Shown one piece after another: positions 25,807 through 34,654 of a stretch of 64,000 nt of DNA. Source of the DNA: Parcubacteria group bacterium Gr01-1014_30 (lineage in GTDB: Bacteria > Patescibacteriota > Minisyncoccia > Minisyncoccales > 2-12-FULL-40-12). The notes beneath the pieces were generated by a model, which saw nothing but the letters and a program-made list of their open reading frames with translations, did not search any database and was not told the origin of the DNA. The position numbers and the translations under genes are program-made. The stretch spans positions 1,390-65,389 of the forward strand of contig VMFS01000007.1 in NCBI GenBank assembly GCA_007376185.1, in the 5' to 3' direction. Position 1 is the first letter of the stretch. Each line of letters opens with the position of its first letter.

Positions 25807-26958
25807 ATGAAGATGATGTTTAAGTTTGGGCGCAGACGGGAAAAGGAGTTTTATTTTGTTGCGGACATTGGCTCTGAAGCCTTAAAAACAGTTGTTCTAA
25901 GAAAAGAGGGTGCAAAAACGAGCGTTGTTAGCTCGTCTTTGGACTACTTTCATGAACAAGACGCATTTGAAGCCGGCTTGAGCAAGCTTGAAGAATACGT
26001 TAAAATGTTTGACAGAAAGCCGCACCGCTGTATTTTTACTCTGCGGCCGGCTCAACTTCTGGCTAGAGTTGTGAACCGGCAAGTTGAAAGGCCGACCCCG
26101 GGAAAGACAATTGACCAGAAGGAGGCAAGCGCAATTTTTGAGAAGGTTCAAGGCGGTGCGAAAAAGATGGCGGCCGAGAATTTTTTTCAAAACTCCGGGG
26201 TTTTGCCAAGCGATATTCAGTTTACGAACTCGAGGATTTTACAGCAAAAACTAGACGGTTACCCGGTGCCAAAGTTTGAGGGCTACAGCGGGAAAAATTT
26301 AAGTTTCAAGGTTTTAACCGTGTTCGGCCTTAAAAGCTTTTTGCAAAGGACTGAAAATACTTGCAGAAATGCCGGCTTAAGTTCAGTCAAGGTCGTTCAC
26401 GAAGCCGAGGGCTTTTTACCTTTTGTCTCTGGTAAGCCCGACGCGGTTTTCATTGATATTGGCGGAGAGGAAACAGGTGTTTTCTTGGCGAGACGCGGTA
26501 GGATTGAAGCGACTGACCGGTTTGCTTTGGGATCTCAGAGTTTTTCCCAAGCGATTTCAGAAACATTGGGAGTCGGCTTTCAGGACGCCCGAGCGCTGAA
26601 AGAGAGATACGCTGATAGAGCTTTGAGTGAGGGTGTTTCTCAGCGAATGGCAGAGCTTCTTCACCGGCCCTTGAGAGGTTGGTTTGAGAGCTTGCAGCTG
26701 AAATTAAAAGAGATGGCCACTTCAAATCTCCTTCCTTCAAAGATATATATTTTTGGCGGAGGCGCTTTTTTGCCAGACTTCAAAAAAATTTTGCAGGAAG
26801 GAAAATGGCAAAACATTGTTTTTGTGGGAAAGCCGGATGTAAAAACCCTGTTCCCCAAAGACACACTCGGCGCCAGCTTGCAAGATGGGGCAGATATTTT
26901 AAACAACCCTCAATACACTCCAGCTTTACTAACTTATTATGCCGAAAAAAGTAATTGA
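25807..26958 (+). CDS. FtsA/PilM-like actin-fold ATPase
   Basis: Track ORF 25765-26958; likely start is MKMMFKF (25807) or a later ATG, just after gctataat. FVADIGSE, FIDIGGEETGV and IFGGGAF phosphate-binding motifs. Confidence 0.5.
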   Translation: MKMMFKFGRRREKEFYFVADIGSEALKTVVLRKEGAKTSVVSSSLDYFHEQDAFEAGLSKLEEYVKMFDRKPHRCIFTLRPAQLLARVVNRQVERPTPGKTIDQKEASAIFEKVQGGAKKMAAENFFQNSGVLPSDIQFTNSRILQQKLDGYPVPKFEGYSGKNLSFKVLTVFGLKSFLQRTENTCRNAGLSSVKVVHEAEGFLPFVSGKPDAVFIDIGGEETGVFLARRGRIEATDRFALGSQSFSQAISETLGVGFQDARALKERYADRALSEGVSQRMAELLHRPLRGWFESLQLKLKEMATSNLLPSKIYIFGGGAFLPDFKKILQEGKWQNIVFVGKPDVKTLFPKDTLGASLQDGADILNNPQYTPALLTYYAEKSN

Positions 26959-28228
26959 CATTTTCCCGCCAGGAACATTTCCTTCGGGAGACAAAGACCA
27001 AAGGCAAAGAAATGATTCTCCAAAGAGGACTTTTGTTCAGCGAGAGGAGCAAAGCGTCCTAGAGGGTAAAAAAGAGCGCGAAAAACGTTCTTTCTCTTCG
27101 CGGAAAACGCTTATTTTAATAACCGTTCTGCTGTTTCTTACAGGATTTGCTTACTTGCATTTTTTTGCGGCAAAAGCCAAGGTTGAAATATGGTTGGCAA
27201 CGGAAGTTGCCAGCGCCCGCTCTTCAGTTACCGTTGACGCAAACGTTACTGCCCCCAGTTTTGACCAAAGAATTATTCCAGGAAGAATACTTTTGGCGGA
27301 GAGTTCGGTTTCCGGTGATTTTGAGGCAACAGGCAGTGTGTTAAAGAAAGCAGAAGGAGTCGTGCGCCTTTACAACTCTTACACCACCAGGGCCGAAACC
27401 TGGCTGCAAGGTACTAGATTTGTTTCTTCCGAAGGCAAGCTTTTTTTGTCAAAAGACAGAATACAGGTCCCCGGGGCCGCAATCAAGAACGGAAAGCTTA
27501 CGAGTTCTTTTGTTGATGTTCCAGTTGTCGCCGCCGAAGGCGGCGAGGAGTATAACATCGGGCCGTCAAACTTTTCAATAGCGGCTTTTCGGGGCACGGC
27601 AAAGTTCACCAGCTACCACGGAGAGTCGTCGTCTCCGATGACAGGAGGAGGCACTTTTGCGCAGGTAACCAAAGACAACCTTGAGCAAGCAATGAACGCT
27701 CTTCTTGAGAAAGCCAAGGCGGCTTCGGAGTCAGACCTTGCCAAAGGTTTGGCCGAGGGCTCTGATTTTATCAGAGGGTCGCAGCAAGTGGAAATTTTGG
27801 AAACCAATTCTTCTGCTAAAGAAGGGGACACTGTTGAGAACTTTGAGTTTGTAATTAAAACCAAGGCGTCTGTTATGGCTTTTGAGAAGAGAGACGTTGA
27901 AGCGTTAGCGGAGGAGCTTCTTGCCGCCGGCCTTGCGCCGGAAAAGGTGTTGCATCAAGAGAGCATAACTTTTAAGTTAAGCCCTGAAGCCGTCAACTTG
28001 CCAGACGGCAGAATTGTGGCTCAACTGGATGCTTCAGCCAAAGTTTATAGAGAGGTTGACTTGAATGCTTTAAAGACCGCACTGGCTGGCAAGTTCTTGG
28101 AAGAGTCCAGAGTTCTTTTGTCAAGCAAGCCCGGGATTTCTCGCTCTGAAGTTAAGTTGTTCCCGTTTTGGCTCAAGAAAGTTCCAAAACAGGTTGACCG
28201 TCTTGAGGTTGACCTGCGTTTTGAGTAA
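26939..28228 (+). CDS. hypothetical single-pass membrane protein
   Basis: 429 aa. Charged N-terminus, then TM segment LILITVLLFLTGFAYLHFF. Overlaps the FtsA-like gene by 20 nt. Confidence 0.4.
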   Translation: MPKKVIDIFPPGTFPSGDKDQRQRNDSPKRTFVQREEQSVLEGKKEREKRSFSSRKTLILITVLLFLTGFAYLHFFAAKAKVEIWLATEVASARSSVTVDANVTAPSFDQRIIPGRILLAESSVSGDFEATGSVLKKAEGVVRLYNSYTTRAETWLQGTRFVSSEGKLFLSKDRIQVPGAAIKNGKLTSSFVDVPVVAAEGGEEYNIGPSNFSIAAFRGTAKFTSYHGESSSPMTGGGTFAQVTKDNLEQAMNALLEKAKAASESDLAKGLAEGSDFIRGSQQVEILETNSSAKEGDTVENFEFVIKTKASVMAFEKRDVEALAEELLAAGLAPEKVLHQESITFKLSPEAVNLPDGRIVAQLDASAKVYREVDLNALKTALAGKFLEESRVLLSSKPGISRSEVKLFPFWLKKVPKQVDRLEVDLRFE

Positions 28229-28240
28229 GGGTGTTATTCT

Positions 28241-28279
28241 TGGGCCTTTGGGCTAAGCCGGGCTTAGCCCAAAGGCCCA
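28241..28279 (+). promoter_or_regulatory. 39-nt palindrome upstream of paralog 2
   Basis: tgggcctttgggctaagcc-g-ggcttagcccaaaggccca. Shares the apical gctaagcc/ggcttagc core with 19333-19373 but has different outer stems. Confidence 0.45.
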
Positions 28280-28291
28280 CGTACATATTAT

Positions 28292-30121
28292 ATGATGGAA
28301 GAAACAAGGCAATGTCAAAATTGTCATCAGGAGTTCCGGATTGAACCCGACGATTTTGCTTTTTACGAGAAAATAAAGGTTCCGCCGCCGACTTTTTGCC
28401 CGGAATGCAGGATGCAGAGGCGCATGGCTTTTAGAAATGAGCGAACTCTCCACAAACGCAGCTGCGACCTTTGCCAAAAATCAGTTATAAGCGCTTACTC
28501 GGCAGAAGCGACATTTCCGGTGTATTGTTCTGAGTGTTGGTGGTCGGACAAATGGGACCCCTTTGAATATGGGCGTGAGTACGATTTTAACAAATCTTTT
28601 TTTCAGCAGTTCAAAGAACTTCAAGATAAAGTTCCGCGCCAGCACACCAACAACACTTCGCCGGCTACACTCATTAACAGCGAATATACGAACTGCGCGG
28701 GAGATTCAAAGAACTGTTACTTGATGTTCGGCGCCGGTTGGAACGAAGACATTCTTTACGCGCATTACACCAATCACTCCAAAAACTGCGTTGACACTCT
28801 ATATTGCCTAAACAGCGAGCTTTGCTACGAATGTTTTGACGTTGATCAGTGCTATAACGTGCGTTTTTCGCAAACCTGCCTGTGGTGTCGCGATTCAATG
28901 TTTCTATTTGACTGCCGCAACTGTTCAGATTGCATAGGGTGTGTGGGTTTGCGCAACAAAAAATATCATATTTTCAACAAGCCGTACACAAAATCAGAGT
29001 ACTTAAAAGAAAAAGAAAAGTTACAGTTGCACACAAGGCCTGGCCTTGAGCGTTTTCGTAAGGAATTCGAAGATAATCTTTATCTTAAATTGCCCCGGAA
29101 ATACTATCACGGTCAGATGAACCGGAACGTTTCGGGCGATTATATCTCAAATTCCGACAACACTCAAGGCTTTTACACAAAAAACGCCAAGGACTCCAAG
29201 TACTTGTTTTGGTGCATCAACGCCAAGGATGTTTATGACTACTTTGCCTGGGGAGATCTGGAACTATGCTACGAATGCGTTTCCGGCGGTTACAATATGT
29301 ACTTTTGTAAGTTTGTGCATACCGCCTGGGGCGATCTGAGAAACGTTGAATATTGCAGTTTGTGTTTTACATCTTCTGATATTTTGGGATGCATCGGCTT
29401 GCGAAGCAAGCAGTATTGTATTCTTAATAAAAAGTATTCCAAGGCAGAGTACGAAAAGTTGTTGTCGCAAATTAAAAAGCACATGGCAGAAATGCCTTAC
29501 CGAGACAGAAGGGGAATGCTTTACGCTTACGGCGAAAACTTCCCGATCGAACTGTCGCCTTTTCCTTATACTGACACCGTGGCTCAAGAGCACTTTCCAT
29601 TGACCAAATCTGAAATACAGAAAGCAGGATACATTTGGCATGAGCCGGTTCAAAGAAACTATGTTATTACAAAAAAACACGCAGAGTTACCAGATTCTAT
29701 AACTGAAGTTTCAGAGAGCATACTTGACGATGTTACTAGTTGCGAGCACGAAGGCACGTGTAATGAGCAATGTACCTTTGGTTTTAAAATCGTTCCGCAA
29801 GAACTGCAGTTTTATCAAAAAATAAACGTGCCTTTACCAAAACTGTGCCATAACTGTAGGCATTCTGGTCGGGTTAAACAAAGAAACCCTCTTAAGCTAT
29901 GGCACAGAAAGTGCACTTGTGCAGGTCAGACCTCTGCCAATGGCATTTACCAAAACACGGTCCAGCACTTCCACGGACAAGAACCCTGCCCCAACGAGTT
30001 TCAAACGAGTTATGCTCCACAGCGTCCGGAAATAGTATATTGTGAACGATGCTACCAGGCCGACCCCGACCGCCCCGAGATAGTTTACTGTGAAAAGTGC
30101 TACCAGGCAGAGGTGGTATAA
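28292..30121 (+). CDS. cysteine-rich multi-zinc-ribbon protein, paralog 2 (duplicated C-terminal motif)
   Basis: 609 aa. N-terminus CQNCHQEFRIEPDDFAFYEKIKVPPPTFCPECR. C-terminus reads ...RPEIVYCERCYQADPDRPEIVYCEKCYQAEVV, so the terminal motif occurs twice. Confidence 0.8.
   Translation: MMEETRQCQNCHQEFRIEPDDFAFYEKIKVPPPTFCPECRMQRRMAFRNERTLHKRSCDLCQKSVISAYSAEATFPVYCSECWWSDKWDPFEYGREYDFNKSFFQQFKELQDKVPRQHTNNTSPATLINSEYTNCAGDSKNCYLMFGAGWNEDILYAHYTNHSKNCVDTLYCLNSELCYECFDVDQCYNVRFSQTCLWCRDSMFLFDCRNCSDCIGCVGLRNKKYHIFNKPYTKSEYLKEKEKLQLHTRPGLERFRKEFEDNLYLKLPRKYYHGQMNRNVSGDYISNSDNTQGFYTKNAKDSKYLFWCINAKDVYDYFAWGDLELCYECVSGGYNMYFCKFVHTAWGDLRNVEYCSLCFTSSDILGCIGLRSKQYCILNKKYSKAEYEKLLSQIKKHMAEMPYRDRRGMLYAYGENFPIELSPFPYTDTVAQEHFPLTKSEIQKAGYIWHEPVQRNYVITKKHAELPDSITEVSESILDDVTSCEHEGTCNEQCTFGFKIVPQELQFYQKINVPLPKLCHNCRHSGRVKQRNPLKLWHRKCTCAGQTSANGIYQNTVQHFHGQEPCPNEFQTSYAPQRPEIVYCERCYQADPDRPEIVYCEKCYQAEVV
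29965..30063 (+). repeat. 99-nt block identical to 56694-56792
   Basis: gcacttccacggacaagaaccctgccccaacgagtttcaaacgagttatgctccacagcgtccggaaatagtatattgtgaacgatgctaccaggccga reads identically at both loci, while the flanking gene sequence differs. Confidence 0.85.
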
Positions 30122-30126
30122 ACTAC

Positions 30127-30441
30127 ATGAACGTTAAGTTCTTTGACAGTAAAACCGAACGATTTATTAAAATGCTGGACGCGCAAACCGTTGCGCGGAC
30201 ATTGCGTACAATCGATCTTCTGGAAATGTTTGGCCATAAACTCGGATTTCCCCACAGCAAAAAAGTTGAGCCGCGGATTTTTGAACTTCGGGTGCGCGGA
30301 AAACAAGAAGTGCGGATTTTCTACACTTTTCACGACGGCGAGGCGATTCTTTTACACGGTTTTATAAAGAAATCACAACGGCTTCCGAGGAAAGAAATTG
30401 AAGCCGCGCGGCGTACACTGAAAGTACTTGACAGCTCATAA
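30127..30441 (+). CDS. HigB/Gp49-like (RelE-fold) toxin
   Basis: Track ORF 30097-30441; likely start is ATG 30127 (MNVKFFDSKTERF). IFELRVRGKQEVRIFYTFHDGEAILLHGFIKKSQRLPRKEI. Confidence 0.65.
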   Translation: MNVKFFDSKTERFIKMLDAQTVARTLRTIDLLEMFGHKLGFPHSKKVEPRIFELRVRGKQEVRIFYTFHDGEAILLHGFIKKSQRLPRKEIEAARRTLKVLDSS

Positions 30442-30465
30442 CGTATACGTTATACTAACCGTGCT

Positions 30466-30744
30466 ATGAAAAGTTATACACAAGCGAAAAACCGCCTTCT
30501 CAAGAATCGCCGCGTCAAAAAGGCATATGAGGAACTGGGGCCCGAATTTGAAGTTATCGCGCTTCTTATCAAGATGCGGCTTCGCAAAAATATCAGCCAG
30601 AGAGCGCTTGCCGAACGCATGGGCACCAAGCAGTCGGCAATTTCTCGGCTTGAATCTGGGCAGTATAACCCGAGTCTGTCTTTTCTCTATAAAATTGCCC
30701 GCGCATTAAATGCGCAAGTGAAAATTTCCTTAGGCTCGAAGTAA
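30466..30744 (+). CDS. XRE-family HTH antitoxin (HigA-like)
   Basis: ISQRALAERMGTKQSAISRLESGQYNPSLSFLYKIARALN helix-turn-helix. Confidence 0.75.
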   Translation: MKSYTQAKNRLLKNRRVKKAYEELGPEFEVIALLIKMRLRKNISQRALAERMGTKQSAISRLESGQYNPSLSFLYKIARALNAQVKISLGSK

Positions 30745-30750
30745 AAAGTG

Positions 30751-30840
30751 AAATGCCCCAACGAGTTTGAGACCTCCTACGCGCCAGAGCGCCCTGAAAT
30801 CGTCTACTGCGAAAAGTGCTACCAAGCAGAAGTTGTATAG
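30751..30840 (+). pseudogene. 3'-terminal fragment of a Cys-rich family gene
   Basis: Translates to KCPNEFETSYAPERPEIVYCEKCYQAEVV*, with no upstream gene body. Lies directly after the higA-like stop. Confidence 0.75.
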
Positions 30841-30867
30841 TTTTGTTTATTTTGATATACTTTAAGT

Positions 30868-31056
30868 ATGACCACCCAGACCCTTATTAGAAAAATAAAT
30901 CAGCGTCAGAACTTGATTCTGGAAGAAATGCGTCAGCTTCAAACCAAAATAAAAATTCTTGGTTCTTTGAGACGTTTTGAGGACTTGGCTAAAAAAGGAA
31001 GGAAATTTGCCAAAGCAAAAGGCATAAAGCCGAGCGACGTACTCAAGAATGACTAG
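30868..31056 (+). CDS. putative antitoxin (MTTQ-type)
   Basis: MTTQTLIRKINQRQNL is homologous to MTTQMLIRKINREVST (58335). Preceded by tttgatatact. Confidence 0.4.
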   Translation: MTTQTLIRKINQRQNLILEEMRQLQTKIKILGSLRRFEDLAKKGRKFAKAKGIKPSDVLKND

Positions 31057-31273
31057 GGCTGTTTTGGACACTAACATTTTTATTTCGTCTCTCGTTGAAC
31101 TGCAAGAAAGCGTTCGCGCGGTTGCCAAAGACCCATCTGATAGTAAAATTATTGAGTGCGCCCTTGCCGGAAAGGCGTATTTTATTGTTTCCGGCGATAA
31201 ACATCTTCTTGACTTGCGGCAGTATCAAAAGATAAAGATCGTTACCCCAAACCAATTTCTTAAATACTTATGA
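31049..31273 (+). CDS. PIN-domain toxin, apparently internally truncated
   Basis: Only 74 aa. It has a PIN N-terminus (AVLDTNIFISSL) and C-terminus (YFIVSGDKHLL...IVTPNQFL) but lacks the middle part seen in the 139-144 aa PIN genes in this window. Confidence 0.45.
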   Translation: MTRAVLDTNIFISSLVELQESVRAVAKDPSDSKIIECALAGKAYFIVSGDKHLLDLRQYQKIKIVTPNQFLKYL

Positions 31274-31299
31274 ATCGTGAGACACAAAATTGCCAAAAA
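31270..31299 (+). pseudogene. 5'-terminal fragment of a Cys-rich family gene
   Basis: ATGA overlap with the PIN stop, as at 17476. Encodes MNRETQNCQK (compare MNPETRTCQNCK and MRETRNCQNCK); homology is then lost. Confidence 0.5.
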
Positions 31300-31346
31300 G
31301 AGGCAAGGGGATTGACCTTTATGAAACATTTTGCTAAAGTAAAAAA

Positions 31347-31571
31347 TTGCGGATTGTGAAAAAAGATTTTGTCAGAAAGTGGGGTATTGTTACTGAAACT
31401 TTGCCTAACGCCAACTTTAGGGTGCGGCTTGACGAGGGCAAAGAAGTGCTGTGCCATTTGGCGGGCAAGCTGAGGATTTACCGGATTAAGATTTTGCCCG
31501 GGGACAGGGTTCAGGTTGAGATGACCCCTTACGACGAAACAAGAGGAAGAATTGTGTATAGAGGAAAGTAG
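31347..31571 (+). CDS. infA: translation initiation factor IF-1
   Basis: [60 protein letters not shown]. Non-ATG start (ttg 31347 or gtg 31356). Confidence 0.9.
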   Translation: MRIVKKDFVRKWGIVTETLPNANFRVRLDEGKEVLCHLAGKLRIYRIKILPGDRVQVEMTPYDETRGRIVYRGK

Positions 31572-31581
31572 CAAAATATGA

Positions 31582-31699
31582 ACCCCGTTAGTAGTTCTTG
31601 GAAAAAAATTTTTTCCTCTGAACAGACGGGGTCAAACAGAAAAACATATGTTTGTCCGAAATCGGTATCTATCGTATAAGGGCAAACTACTAACGGGGT
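31582..31699 (+). promoter_or_regulatory. 15-bp perfect inverted repeat bracketing the infA-rpmJ spacer
   Basis: accccgttagtagtt (31582-31596) pairs with aactactaacggggt (31685-31699). The right arm overlaps the rpmJ GTG start. Confidence 0.5.
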
Positions 31700-31814
31700 G
31701 AAAGTACGGCCATCCGTAAAAAAAATTTGCAAGAATTGCAAAATCGTGCGCCGCAAAGGGTACGTTTACGTTATTTGCAAAAATCCAAAGCACAAGCAGA
31801 GACAAGGAGCGTAG
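31698..31814 (+). CDS. rpmJ: 50S ribosomal protein L36
   Basis: 38-aa ORF not in the track: [38 protein letters not shown] (GTG start). Confidence 0.85.
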   Translation: MKVRPSVKKICKNCKIVRRKGYVYVICKNPKHKQRQGA

Positions 31815-31968
31815 TCTTTTGCTGCGCAAAAGAAAATCCGAAGCACGAAATCCCAAGCACGAAACAAATTCAAATACCAAATGACCGAAATTCAAAAAAA
31901 CCGTTTAAAATTTTAGAAATTGTAATTTAGATATTGTTTCGAATTTCGATGTTCGAATTTAAACTATT

Positions 31969-32358
31969 ATGCCTCGTATTGCGGGAGTAAATATTCCCGA
32001 CCAAAAGCCCATACTGATAGCTTTGACATACATATATGGTATAGGACTGCCCTTGAGCAGGCGGCTTTTGCTTGAAAGCAAAATAGAGTTAAAAAAGCGC
32101 GCCAAAGACTTGAGTCAAGAGGAGGTTAATCGTTTGAAAGAAATCGTGGAGAAAAAACACAAGGTTGAAGGCGAGCTCCGCCGGGAAATAATAGTGAATA
32201 TAAGGCGGTTGAAAGAAATCGGCTCCTGGAGAGGACTTCGCCACATTAAAGGACTTCCTGTAAGAGGTCAGCGGACAAAAACCAACACAAGGACGGTTCG
32301 CGGCAACGTTAGGAAAACAGTTGGATCGGGGCGCAAACCGCCTTCAGAACCGACATAA
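31969..32358 (+). CDS. rpsM: 30S ribosomal protein S13
   Basis: [10 protein letters not shown]...ALTYIYGIG...[21 protein letters not shown]. Confidence 0.9.
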   Translation: MPRIAGVNIPDQKPILIALTYIYGIGLPLSRRLLLESKIELKKRAKDLSQEEVNRLKEIVEKKHKVEGELRREIIVNIRRLKEIGSWRGLRHIKGLPVRGQRTKTNTRTVRGNVRKTVGSGRKPPSEPT

Positions 32359-32363
32359 CGCCG

Positions 32364-32810
32364 ATGGGGAAAAAGAGAGTTATTGCAAAAACTGAAGAAG
32401 TGGAGTTGAAAAAGAGAGAATTAAAAGTTGGCCCTCAAAAGATGGTCGCTGATGCTTCGCATCCTCCCACAGAGGGCAGAGTTTATATTTTTTCTTCTTA
32501 CAACAACACCATCATAACTTTAACGGATGTTCAAGGGAACGTTTTAACTTGGGTGTCCTCGGGCAGTATAGGTTTTAAAGGAACAAAAAAAGCCACTCCT
32601 TTTGCCGCTTCCAAGGCGGCCGAAGCGATTTCCGACCTCTGCCGAAAACTTGGAGTTGAGAAGATTCAAGTTATGGTAAAAGGTGTGGGTTCGGGCCGCG
32701 AGTCCGCTGTTAGATCTTTGGCCGCGAGGGGCTTGGATATTGTTTCAATTAAAGACATAACTCCGGTGCCCCACAACGGCTGCCGGCCGCCAAAAGCAAG
32801 AAGAGTGTAA
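32364..32810 (+). CDS. rpsK: 30S ribosomal protein S11
   Basis: [17 protein letters not shown]...[18 protein letters not shown]...[11 protein letters not shown]...[15 protein letters not shown]. Confidence 0.9.
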   Translation: MGKKRVIAKTEEVELKKRELKVGPQKMVADASHPPTEGRVYIFSSYNNTIITLTDVQGNVLTWVSSGSIGFKGTKKATPFAASKAAEAISDLCRKLGVEKIQVMVKGVGSGRESAVRSLAARGLDIVSIKDITPVPHNGCRPPKARRV

Positions 32811-32818
32811 AATGTAAT

Positions 32819-33433
32819 ATGAAAGCAGTTTCGTGTAAAGTTTGCCGGCGCTTGGGCGTGTCTGTCTGTGGAAAAGAAAAGTGCGCCTTGAAAAGAAGGC
32901 CGACGAGCCCCGGCCAAATTAAGAAAAAAAGGAGAAGAGGTTTTTCCGAGTACGGCCTTCAACTGCGCGAGAAGCAAAAATTGAGGAACTTATACAACTT
33001 AAGAGAAGCGCAGTTTAGGAGTCTCGTTAAAAAGGTTTTGGAAAGTCAGCAGAAAGGCGGCAAGGACGTTTCGCATTCTTTGGTGCAGATGTTGGAGAGT
33101 CGTTTGGACAACGCGATTTTCCGCTTGGGGCTGGCTTCTTCAAGAGCTCAGGCAAGGCAATTGGTTTCGCACGGTCACTTTCAGGTGAACGGGAAGTCAA
33201 TTAACGTGCCGAGCTACCGCCTGAAAAAAGGCGACGTCATCAAACTGAAAGCGGGTTCCGCGGGAAAAAGTTTTTTCAAAAACGTTTTGCCTTCAATCAA
33301 AAAGAAAAAGATTCCGTCTTGGCTGAAGTTGAATCCTGAAACCGTTGAAGCCCAAGTTGTGGCGGAATTGGATGCCCAAGAGGTTGACTTGCCCGTGGAA
33401 ATTCCTGTAATATTTGAATATTACTCAAGATGA
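32819..33433 (+). CDS. rpsD: 30S ribosomal protein S4
   Basis: CKVCRRLG, SEYGLQLREKQKLR, LESRLDNAIFRLGLASSRAQARQLVSHGHFQVNG. Confidence 0.9.
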   Translation: MKAVSCKVCRRLGVSVCGKEKCALKRRPTSPGQIKKKRRRGFSEYGLQLREKQKLRNLYNLREAQFRSLVKKVLESQQKGGKDVSHSLVQMLESRLDNAIFRLGLASSRAQARQLVSHGHFQVNGKSINVPSYRLKKGDVIKLKAGSAGKSFFKNVLPSIKKKKIPSWLKLNPETVEAQVVAELDAQEVDLPVEIPVIFEYYSR

Positions 33434-34236
33434 TCAATATGATCCCATTGCCGCATGCTCCAAAAATAGTAAGCAAAGAAAACCAAAAAGCCGTCTTTGA
33501 AATAGAAGCTCTTTACCCGGGCTACGGCGTTACCTTGGGAAATTCTCTTCGCAGGGTTCTGCTGTCGTCTTTGGAGGGCAACGCCGCGACTCAGGTTAAA
33601 ATTAAAGGGGTTCAGCACGAGTTTTCAACGATACCCGGAGTTTTGGAAGACCTTACCTTAATCACTTTGAACTTGAAACAACTGAGATTTAAGGTTTTTG
33701 GAGATGAGCCGCAAAAAGCAACCTTAAAAGTTAAGGGAGAAAAAGATGTTAAAGGAAAAGACCTTGTACTGCCCCCTCAGGTTGAGCTCATGAACAAAGA
33801 CGTGAAAATCGCCACCTTAACTAGTAAGTCCGCGGAACTTGATTTGGAAATATCTATTGAGAAAGGTTTGGGTTATCGCTCAAGAGAGGCAAGAAAGAAA
33901 CAGGAGAAACTTGAGGTTGGAGCCATACCTTTGGACGCGATTTTCACCCCCGTAAGAAGAGTTGGTTTTCGCGTTGAGAACATGCGCGTGGGCGAAAGAA
34001 CCGACTACGACCGGCTGTTTTTGGAAGTTGAGACCGACGGCACCATCAGTCCTGAACAGGCCTTAGAGAGAGCTTCTGATATTCTTTTGCGCCACTTTTC
34101 ATTGATTGCCGAAACCTACAAGCAGAAGGTTGAAGAGCCAAAGGAACCAAAAGCCGTCAAATCTCCAAAAGGAGCAAAAAAAGCAAAAACCTTAAGGAAA
34201 CATGCGGAAAAGAAAAAAGGGAAGAAGGCTAAGTAG
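33430..34236 (+). CDS. rpoA: RNA polymerase alpha subunit, N-terminal domain only, with Lys-rich tail
   Basis: EALYPGYGVTLGNSLRRVLLSSLEG, IPGVLEDL and RVGERTDYDRLFLEVETDG. At 268 aa it ends in KEPKAVKSPKGAKKAKTLRKHAEKKKGKKAK instead of an alpha-CTD. Confidence 0.85.
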   Translation: MINMIPLPHAPKIVSKENQKAVFEIEALYPGYGVTLGNSLRRVLLSSLEGNAATQVKIKGVQHEFSTIPGVLEDLTLITLNLKQLRFKVFGDEPQKATLKVKGEKDVKGKDLVLPPQVELMNKDVKIATLTSKSAELDLEISIEKGLGYRSREARKKQEKLEVGAIPLDAIFTPVRRVGFRVENMRVGERTDYDRLFLEVETDGTISPEQALERASDILLRHFSLIAETYKQKVEEPKEPKAVKSPKGAKKAKTLRKHAEKKKGKKAK

Positions 34237-34552
34237 AAAAAAGGACCAAAGAAGGGCGCTCTTGAAAAGCTTGGCCCAGGCCTTAACTTTGAGAGAGAAA
34301 ATTAAAACCACCGAGGCAAAAGCCAAAGAGTTGGCTCCTTTTTTTGCCAAACAAGTAACGAGAGCAAAAGCGGGGAGCTTGGCCGCCAAGCGCTCCTTGT
34401 CCGCAATATTTTCTCAGGCAGTCGTCAAAAAACTGGTAGACGAAGTTGCGCCCAGGCACAAAGACAGAAAAGGCGGCTACACGCGCATTATAAAACTGGG
34501 GCAGAGAAAATCGGACGGAGCCCGTTTGGTGATTATAGAGTTAGTTAAGTAA
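34202..34552 (+). CDS. rplQ: 50S ribosomal protein L17
   Basis: MRKRKKGRRLSRKKDQRRALLKSLAQAL and GGYTRIIKLGQRKSDGA. Overlaps rpoA by 35 nt. Confidence 0.85.
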   Translation: MRKRKKGRRLSRKKDQRRALLKSLAQALTLREKIKTTEAKAKELAPFFAKQVTRAKAGSLAAKRSLSAIFSQAVVKKLVDEVAPRHKDRKGGYTRIIKLGQRKSDGARLVIIELVK

Positions 34553-34654
34553 GCGTAAAGCGTAAAGCTAAAAATGCAAAACAAAAACTTAAAAGTCAAA
34601 ATAATTTAAACTTTACGCTGTTGTTTTGCGCTTTGCGCTTTTAGTTTTTAGTTT

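Noticed and set aside
29965-30063. The 99-nt repeat at the 3' end of two genes might be a diversity-generating retroelement VR/TR pair. DGRs are common in CPR genomes and target gene 3' ends.
   Set aside because: The two copies are perfectly identical with no adenine-specific mismatches, and both lie inside coding genes. No reverse transcriptase or accessory gene is present in the window. Recombination or gene conversion, or misassembly, explains it better.
31727-31930. A 67-aa + strand ORF overlapping rpmJ and the spacer before rpsM.
   Set aside because: It is out of frame with the clear L36 coding sequence (31698-31814) and runs through low-complexity repeat DNA, so it is spurious.
34553-34654. 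The rplQ-rplM spacer (gcgtaaagcgtaaagc...ctttacgctgttgttttgcgctttgcgc) might be a ribosomal-protein leader or an L13 autoregulatory motif.
   Set aside because: It contains complementary gcgtaaag/ctttacgc units, but the arms are not collinear and I cannot match a known leader consensus. It is probably another member of the low-complexity spacer class.
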